DNA from: a virus | Direction: 5' to 3' (one strand) | DNA: 64,000 nt | IMG/VR virus record: IMGVR_UViG_3300045919_000631 | Location: 45,281 to 109,280 of that record | Shown: one piece after another, positions 58,529-64,000 of the stretch | Layout: each line of letters opens with the position of its first letter | Numbering within the stretch: the first letter of the stretch is position 1 | Program-made: the position numbers and the translations under genes | Notes under the pieces: generated by a model | The model's input: only the letters and a program-made list of their open reading frames with translations | Told to the model about the DNA's origin: nothing | Database searches by the model: none

Positions 58529-58923
58529 TATATCTGTTCAAGCTGCATAATTTTAGTTATGTTTCCAATATCATATGTAAGTGATGAAAATATTTTTTCA
58601 GTCTTTTCTAAAAACTCGATTAAAATCTTTTCATCAGCTATTTGTTTGTTAATAGATTTAATTAACTCGGTTGAGTCTGATGCTTTATCAGCCGCAACGT
58701 AGGATAGCTTAACTATTGATTGATGTTGAATCTCATTGACAACTCTTTTTTTGAGATCTTCTTTTTGGTTTTCAAGATCTATGAGATTTCGCTTGTGCCT
58801 TATAAGGCGACTTACCCAGAAGTGCTTTTTTCCTGGTGCTTTCAATGACATCTCTTTTACGTTCATTTCGTCAATCTTGAGATCAATCTCAATCTCTTTA
58901 ATGTATTTCTCTAAAAGCTCCAT
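58528..58923 (-). CDS. uvsY: recombination mediator UvsY-like
   Basis: DLKIDE..SLKAP.KKHFW..EFLE..YDIGNI; adjacent to uvsW; ATG at 58923 preferred. Confidence 0.8.
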   Translation of the reverse strand: MELLEKYIKEIEIDLKIDEMNVKEMSLKAPGKKHFWVSRLIRHKRNLIDLENQKEDLKKRVVNEIQHQSIVKLSYVAADKASDSTELIKSINKQIADEKILIEFLEKTEKIFSSLTYDIGNITKIMQLEQI

Positions 58924-58934
58924 GATTAATAATA

Positions 58935-58974
58935 ATATCATTATTTATAATATCAATATTATAAATAATGATAT
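58935..58974. repeat. perfect 19-bp inverted repeat carrying divergent TATAAATA late promoters
   Basis: ATATCATTATTTATAATAT-ca-ATATTATAAATAATGATAT. Confidence 0.92.
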
Positions 58975-59650
58975 GAAACGATTTTTTGTTTACGGTATAT
59001 ATGATTCAAGCAACATAATTCGATACATAGGTAAGGGAACCAATAAAAGACATAAAGCTTCTGTTAAGTATAGTAAGAACCCGTTAGTAGTTAAGTTTTT
59101 AAAAAATGATACTTATTCTGTCTCTATTTTAGCCTCAGAGTTATCTGAAGTTGATGCATATAAAGAAGAGATGAGACTTATACATAAGTATGGGCGTATT
59201 ATTTTCAATACTGGTACTTTATATAATATCAGCGAGGGTGGACCTTATTCATTTATTAAACAAAAACATTGCAATAAACGTCGAGATAGCTTTCCCACAC
59301 CCGGTACTAGTATTGAATTAATCAATATCAAGACGGGTGAAATTAAAAAGTTTATAAGTATCCATCAAGCTGCACGATCATTAAATACAAGCCCCGTGTA
59401 CGTATATTACCTACATACTGGTAAATGTAAGTCCATTTTAAAACAAACTTGGAGATTAAACAATGATCGACCTTTTTCATCAACCAATAGCAAGTCGATA
59501 GCACTCAAAAATATCAAAAACGGCAAAATAATGCGTTATTACTCTCGAAAAGCAGCTGCAAAAGATCTTAATATTAATATAAACTTTATCACTCATTTAG
59601 CGACAGGTAGAATACCACATCTAAATGACTATAAATTAGTTGATGAATAA
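58973..59650 (+). mobile_element. free-standing GIY-YIG homing endonuclease with NUMOD1-like C-terminal repeats
   Basis: FVY..RYIGKG..R, EMRLI..LYN; two TGEIKKFISIHQAARSL-like repeats; ATG at 58973; flanked by a 14-bp direct repeat. Confidence 0.85.
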
Positions 59651-59670
59651 ATAATGATATCAAAAAGTCC

Positions 59671-59916
59671 ATGAGTCTCTACGAGAATACATTTAAAAAG
59701 ATTATCAATGAAAACGGGGCTGGGTATGTACCTTCTGCTCCAAACACATCAGGAAGCGGTGGTGCTTTTGGTAATGCTGCTAGTATTGGAGCTGCTGGTT
59801 GTGCTTCTGGCACTCCTGGCACTGATACATATGCAACTGGAGACTTTAGAATGCCTGGGGTATTTGGGGCATATACTCGTAAAGGTAAAATTAAAAAGAA
59901 AAAGAAGAAAAAGTGA
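59671..59916 (+). CDS. small late Gly-rich protein with capsid-targeting-like N-terminus and poly-Lys tail
   Basis: MSLYENTFKKIINE..DTYATGDFRMP..KKKKKKK. Confidence 0.65.
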   Translation: MSLYENTFKKIINENGAGYVPSAPNTSGSGGAFGNAASIGAAGCASGTPGTDTYATGDFRMPGVFGAYTRKGKIKKKKKKK

Positions 59917-60374
59917 ATCTCGGACATTGGCAAAGCAACCTTCAAATTGATGAATCAAATATACCTTTTGGGTTTATTTACTTGATTACTAATACAGTGA
60001 GCGGTAAAAAGTATATTGGTAAAAAACAAATGAAATCAGTTTTAAAGAGAGAGCCGCTCAAGGGTAAGAAAAACAAAAGACATTTTGATATAGAGACTGA
60101 TTGGCGTGAATATACATCATCTTCTAATGATCTTAATGAGGATATTCAAAAGATAGGCAAAGATAAATTTACTTTTGAAATTATCAAATTATGTGACAGC
60201 AAGTTTGATTTAGCTTTTTCAGAAGCAAAGTTGCAATTTGAGAATGATGTGCTGCTCCGAGATGATTTTTATAATGGAATTATAAACTGCAGGATAGGAA
60301 AAGCCCCTAGACTTTTTGTAGAGAAGTATTATAATAAAAAATCTTGCAATACGAGCTCGCAGAATATGGTATAA
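59913..60374 (+). CDS. GIY-YIG endonuclease (short, catalytic domain only)
   Basis: FGFIYLITN..GKKYIGKK..DWREYTSSS..F.FEII..EAKLQF..FYNG. Confidence 0.88.
   Translation: MNLGHWQSNLQIDESNIPFGFIYLITNTVSGKKYIGKKQMKSVLKREPLKGKKNKRHFDIETDWREYTSSSNDLNEDIQKIGKDKFTFEIIKLCDSKFDLAFSEAKLQFENDVLLRDDFYNGIINCRIGKAPRLFVEKYYNKKSCNTSSQNMV
60308..60335 (+). promoter_or_regulatory. sigma70-like promoter
   Basis: TAGACT-N16-TATAAT-N8-TTG(60344). Confidence 0.55.
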
Positions 60375-60898
60375 CTTTAATTGACTTCAATAAAGTCTTT
60401 ATTAAGGAGGTTCAAGTCGATATACTTGATGACTTATTCAAGTTTAAATTATTAGGTAAAAATTTAGCAAACTCAGACGTCAAGAAGATTTTTTATCACC
60501 ATATTGTTTATAGGATATGTGAAGATTTATTGGCTGTTAGATTTAGCAAACCTATTATCATTTTTAATCACACTCAGCTTGATGATTGCTTTATTAAGAA
60601 TTATTTTAAAGAAGACAGCCTTTTAGATTTTTTAGTGGCTTTTATTAATAAACTCCAAACAATGTTGCCTATAAAAATATACAAAAGTAAGCTAAATATA
60701 GAGACATTGCAGCATTTACAAAAAACTCAAGATGCTAGAGCTCAAATGATGATAAATGCTTTAGTGCAAAAGAGTAACACGTTTGATAGTTCTTCATATA
60801 GTTTTGAAAAGATAAAGAGATTCACAAAAAAATATGAGTTAACCTTTCTTAACAGCGATTACTTCAATAGAATAAAAACAAAACAAATATTGATTTAA
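60344..60898 (+). CDS. hypothetical protein, weak resemblance to the T4 RNase H/PIN N-terminus
   Basis: GITLIDFN..VKKIFYHHI..KPIIIF. Confidence 0.5.
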   Translation: MQYELAEYGITLIDFNKVFIKEVQVDILDDLFKFKLLGKNLANSDVKKIFYHHIVYRICEDLLAVRFSKPIIIFNHTQLDDCFIKNYFKEDSLLDFLVAFINKLQTMLPIKIYKSKLNIETLQHLQKTQDARAQMMINALVQKSNTFDSSSYSFEKIKRFTKKYELTFLNSDYFNRIKTKQILI

Positions 60899-60909
60899 TA
60901 AATAATACT

Positions 60910-61239
60910 ATGGATACCTTTACAAAGAAAATAGATAAAATTTTAGAAAACATTAAAGCTGGAGAAACTGTTATCTATAATTCTGATGGTGATCATGAAG
61001 AAGAGGAAGAAGGTTCAGCAACATCTTCAATGCCTGGAACAGAAGATACTCAAATGGGTGCCGCAGCTACAAGCAGCAATATTGTTAACCCTGTTGATAT
61101 GGCGCAACAATTAGCTACAAAAGCTAAAAATCCACAAGCAATGCAAGCACAAACTCAAATGCATGCAGCGTATACAAAATTAATGCAAGGGTTGGCTCAA
61201 AAGCTATCAACTACAGCAGGCAATTTGAATAAAGCTTAA
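60910..61239 (+). CDS. late protein with capsid-targeting-like N-terminus
   Basis: TAAATA at 60899; MDTFTKKIDKILE. Confidence 0.65.
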   Translation: MDTFTKKIDKILENIKAGETVIYNSDGDHEEEEEGSATSSMPGTEDTQMGAAATSSNIVNPVDMAQQLATKAKNPQAMQAQTQMHAAYTKLMQGLAQKLSTTAGNLNKA

Positions 61240-61240
61240 T

Positions 61241-61549
61241 ATGAAGTTTCTTAATCGAGTAAATAAAATTCACCGTTATATTGTTGAAGATGGTCAGGAT
61301 AACCCTCAACAAAATCAGCCTCAAGCAGAACAACCGCAAGCTCCAGCAAATCCAGAACCTCTTTCTGCAGAAGGTGAAGTTATGTTAGTTCGCTTGCTAA
61401 AAAAAGCGCTTGTAATTGATATCAAACCTGAAGACGCTGAAACAATTCAGAAAATGGGTGATGTTAATGAAAATAATTGCCGTCAGGTTTTAAATGAATT
61501 AATTACGTTGATTAAGCTCTACTCACCGGTAGATATTAACAAAATTTGA
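61241..61549 (+). CDS. late protein with capsid-targeting-like N-terminus
   Basis: MKFLNRVNKIHRYIVE then a Q/P linker. Confidence 0.6.
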   Translation: MKFLNRVNKIHRYIVEDGQDNPQQNQPQAEQPQAPANPEPLSAEGEVMLVRLLKKALVIDIKPEDAETIQKMGDVNENNCRQVLNELITLIKLYSPVDINKI

Positions 61550-62592
61550 TCACAGATATTTACAAAGAAAAACGCCACGAACTAGCTGTTAATGGTGAGC
61601 AGTTTTTGATTAATTCAGAGCAGCTAAACGCTGTAATGCAAATTGTATCCGTCAATAACGAGATGTTGCATGTTTTATCTGAACAGATTGAGAGCTTTAA
61701 TATTCCAAAATTACATGCTTATAATCTTTCACGTATAATACTATCATCAGTAAATTCCGATGATGCTGTTAATTATCTATTTGATAGAAGAGTAACTCTT
61801 GATGATATTAATAGACGAAATTTATTTGATGTATTTTTAGATTACAATATTGGTGAAGATCTTATTAGCGATTTAATGAGATATACTTGGGAAGCAACCC
61901 CAGCTATCGGAAAAGGTGAAGTATTTTTTGCTTTAATGTTTAAAGATGCATCAAAAATAAATGATCACGGAGATGTGATCATTGGAGATGAAGTCGTTGA
62001 TATTAAAGGTGATGGTGCACGTTTAAAAGGACAAACCGGGTTTGGAATGGGCCATGAAGCTGGTGACTTTTGGCACGGTATTCTTTCTTCTCGTGATGTT
62101 TTTAATCAATATGCAACAGCGTTACCTGCCAAAGGATCAACTGCTTTTAATTTAACATCTGGTAATTTTGCTCTTGATAGACTCGGGCGCGTGGTTGGTT
62201 TTACTATTGATGATGTAATTGACCTATGGAAGCAAGGGTTAATGCGAGTATATGACCATTCATCGTATACCGACTTTAAGTTTATTGATAGAGCTTATGA
62301 AACAGGAAAACTTGATGAGGAAAAGCTAAGATTAGGGTTTATTAAGTTTTCTATTAGATATTATTTTAAAGTTGAACAAGTCGATAAAATCGTTGTAAGC
62401 AAATTCTCATTAAGAGAATCTGATACATCCATTGATAGTAAAAGAATTGGATATGTTGCAATTCTCTCTAAAAATGATGTATTGACTGATGAATATATTC
62501 AGTCAATTGCAAAATATACTTTACCTAGTTTTTCTGCGAGTGCAGGTTCTCAAGGCGGGGCTTTAGGAATATCTATTAAAGCCCTGGATTAG
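61546..62592 (+). CDS. putative PD-(D/E)XK restriction-like nuclease
   Basis: IGKGEVFF..GDVIIGDEVVDIKG..ARL. Confidence 0.55.
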   Translation: MITDIYKEKRHELAVNGEQFLINSEQLNAVMQIVSVNNEMLHVLSEQIESFNIPKLHAYNLSRIILSSVNSDDAVNYLFDRRVTLDDINRRNLFDVFLDYNIGEDLISDLMRYTWEATPAIGKGEVFFALMFKDASKINDHGDVIIGDEVVDIKGDGARLKGQTGFGMGHEAGDFWHGILSSRDVFNQYATALPAKGSTAFNLTSGNFALDRLGRVVGFTIDDVIDLWKQGLMRVYDHSSYTDFKFIDRAYETGKLDEEKLRLGFIKFSIRYYFKVEQVDKIVVSKFSLRESDTSIDSKRIGYVAILSKNDVLTDEYIQSIAKYTLPSFSASAGSQGGALGISIKALD

Positions 62593-62998
62593 TATGATTG
62601 ATATTCACACCACCACGGACTGGAGCGTTTGATTGCAAAGATTGCTCAGCTTGATGAAGAACATCACTTAAATTATTAACTGCAAGTTCTAATTTCTTTA
62701 CCCAATCTCTTTGACCACCGACACTTGGAAGAAGGTTAACTAATTGTTTTGATTTTGTGAGTATATCAGCAGCGTGATTTTTAATTTGCGCTTTGCAATT
62801 ATCATCACTCTCTTTTGATGCTAATCCTTTATCTGGAATATTAGGAGATTTACCAGGGGCTCCATCAACAGATGGAATTCTTTGCATTGCACCACCTCCA
62901 CCGACTTGACCAGTGCCTGGCGTGTCAGGACCCATACCAACGTCTTCACTAACACATTTTAAGTATGCTTCAAAAAGATATGCACTTTCGTTATCCAT
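62576..62998 (-). CDS. late hypothetical protein
   Basis: TAAATA 5 nt before the ATG; MDNESAYLFEAY..VSE. Confidence 0.6.
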   Translation of the reverse strand: MDNESAYLFEAYLKCVSEDVGMGPDTPGTGQVGGGGAMQRIPSVDGAPGKSPNIPDKGLASKESDDNCKAQIKNHAADILTKSKQLVNLLPSVGGQRDWVKKLELAVNNLSDVLHQAEQSLQSNAPVRGGVNINHTNPGL

Positions 62999-63002
62999 AT
63001 CA

Positions 63003-63017
63003 TTATTTAATAAATAA
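63003..63017. promoter_or_regulatory. back-to-back divergent late promoters
   Basis: TTATTTA-a-TAAATAA; each TAAATA is 5 nt from an ATG (62998 minus, 63022 plus). Confidence 0.75.
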
Positions 63018-63021
63018 CTTA

Positions 63022-63387
63022 ATGAGTCTCTTTAATGAATTTGTGAATGCTATCTTACTTGAAGATGGTCCTACAACAGATTTTAAAGAGTTGCCTGAAT
63101 CACCTCCTTATGGATTCATTGTTGATCCATCAGGTAAATTTACTGCAATAAGAAACTTTCAAGGTCATGCAGCTGCGGTGTATGTGCATTATACTAAATA
63201 CTTTATAGATTCTCCTGAGGGTGGTGTACCTGCTTGGACTACTATGGAGCGAAATGGTTTTATTAGGCTTGTGTGTGATAATGATGTTTTATTAGCTAAT
63301 ACAATAAAACCAACAAATGCTGCACGAAGAACAGCTCAAGATATAGCAAGATGGTATAATTTAAATTACGTCGAAGAGGGAGAATAA
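63022..63387 (+). CDS. late protein with capsid-targeting-like N-terminus
   Basis: Start at 63022 (MSLFNEFVNAILLE); PPYGFIVDPSG..H motif. Confidence 0.65.
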   Translation: MSLFNEFVNAILLEDGPTTDFKELPESPPYGFIVDPSGKFTAIRNFQGHAAAVYVHYTKYFIDSPEGGVPAWTTMERNGFIRLVCDNDVLLANTIKPTNAARRTAQDIARWYNLNYVEEGE

Positions 63388-63395
63388 ATAAATTT

Positions 63396-63644
63396 ATGTC
63401 TGCTTTTGATACCTCAGTTAATAACATTTTAAAGCAATATGTCTTTGAAAATCTCCCAGCACCAGATAATACAGTAAGCCAAATATCTTTAGCTGATTTC
63501 GATGAAAAATATAAAACAGAGATGGAATTGTTAGCTAAGAAATTACAGGATGAAAATCAAATGAAAGAGGATGATGCAAAAGCGTTGGCTAGACACACTA
63601 TTCTTAGTGATTTGGCTAACCAAGGCGTTACCATTAAAGTTTGA
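63396..63644 (+). CDS. late protein with capsid-targeting-like N-terminus
   Basis: TAAATA at 63385; MSAFDTSVNNILKQYVFE. Confidence 0.6.
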   Translation: MSAFDTSVNNILKQYVFENLPAPDNTVSQISLADFDEKYKTEMELLAKKLQDENQMKEDDAKALARHTILSDLANQGVTIKV

Positions 63645-63655
63645 TAATCAGATAG

Positions 63656-63683
63656 TTGATTAACTAGTTACCCGATCTAAATT
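63656..63683 (+). promoter_or_regulatory. sigma70-like promoter
   Basis: TTGATT-N16-TAAATT-N7-ATG. Confidence 0.55.
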
Positions 63684-63690
63684 ATTAGGT

Positions 63691-63900
63691 ATGAGTAATA
63701 TTACAGAAAACACAACACAGTTAACGACACTCTTTGCTGATTTCAGCGAAAACATTCAAAAGTTCACCGAAAAGGATAATGCATCAGCAGCTTTTCGTGC
63801 CCGCAAAGCTCTTCTAGAAATTGGAAAGCTTACTCGTGAGGTTCGTAAGCAAATTCAAGAGCGAAAGAAAGCTCTTAAAGCAGCTCCTGCAACAGCCTAA
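63691..63900 (+). CDS. histone H1-like Hc1-family protein
   Basis: KFTEKDNASAAFRARKALLEIGKLTREVRK resembles the Hc1 core K.NKAAA.R.R...K....RK. Confidence 0.75.
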   Translation: MSNITENTTQLTTLFADFSENIQKFTEKDNASAAFRARKALLEIGKLTREVRKQIQERKKALKAAPATA

Positions 63901-63915
63901 ACAATAAATAGTTGA

Positions 63916-64000
63916 GTGATTTCATTCAAACTTTTTATTGAAAACGCTCTAGGCTTAATAGAAACAGTAACTTTTAAAGAGTTAGGCCCCATTGACGCTA
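63916..64000 (+). CDS. 3'-truncated late gene, possible retropepsin-like (RimK-associated) protease
   Basis: TAAATA at 63905, GTG at 63916: MISFKLFIENALGLIETVTFKELGPIDA; resembles the G..E.V...LG...AK(IDTG) start of that family. Confidence 0.5.
   Translation, partial: MISFKLFIENALGLIETVTFKELGPIDA

Noticed and set aside
58736-58972. 79-aa N-terminal extension of the GIY-YIG ORF
   Set aside because: Overlaps uvsY antisense; promoter geometry and domain start point to ATG 58973
1-64000. Stop-codon reassignment
   Set aside because: Core genes are full length in the standard code, and TAA, TGA and TAG all occur as real stops
1-64000. tRNA/ncRNA genes
   Set aside because: Intergenic gaps are mostly under 70 nt and no cloverleaf or T-loop motif was recognised by eye; a tRNAscan/Infernal run would be needed to exclude them

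Overview
AT-rich, densely coding 64-kb segment of a divergent T4-like contractile-tailed (myo)phage, standard genetic code. It contains: an orphan virion/baseplate-fibre block (0.8-12.7 kb); baseplate and tail genes (gp6, gp25, gp27-, gp53-, gp48-, tape-measure-, gp26/51-, gp54-like, gp19, gp18, gp3-like); terminase (gp17, plus a displaced gp16-like gene); neck gp14; and a replication/recombination arm (gp61, gp45, gp32, gp59-like, gp41, UvsX, gp43, gp46/47, gp55, UvsW, UvsY, with gp44 and dUTPase displaced into the baseplate region). Capsid and portal genes are outside the window. I saw no tRNA, rRNA or CRISPR array. Best leads: (1) a modification cluster between gp41 and uvsX with a zinc-less QueC-like PP-loop enzyme, a stand-alone class II amidotransferase, a GNAT, a dATP/dGTP diphosphohydrolase-like protein and a glycosyltransferase; (2) about 15 late genes sharing a capsid-targeting-like N-terminus, two of which carry a 56/57-nt identical leader on unrelated cargo; (3) a recurrent L-S/C-A motif plus a long Pro-Thr linker in virion proteins, suggesting virion glycosylation; (4) near-leaderless one-promoter-per-gene expression, with promoter-embedded hairpins and a nested in-frame late gene. 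All homology calls come from motif recognition by eye; no database searches were run.
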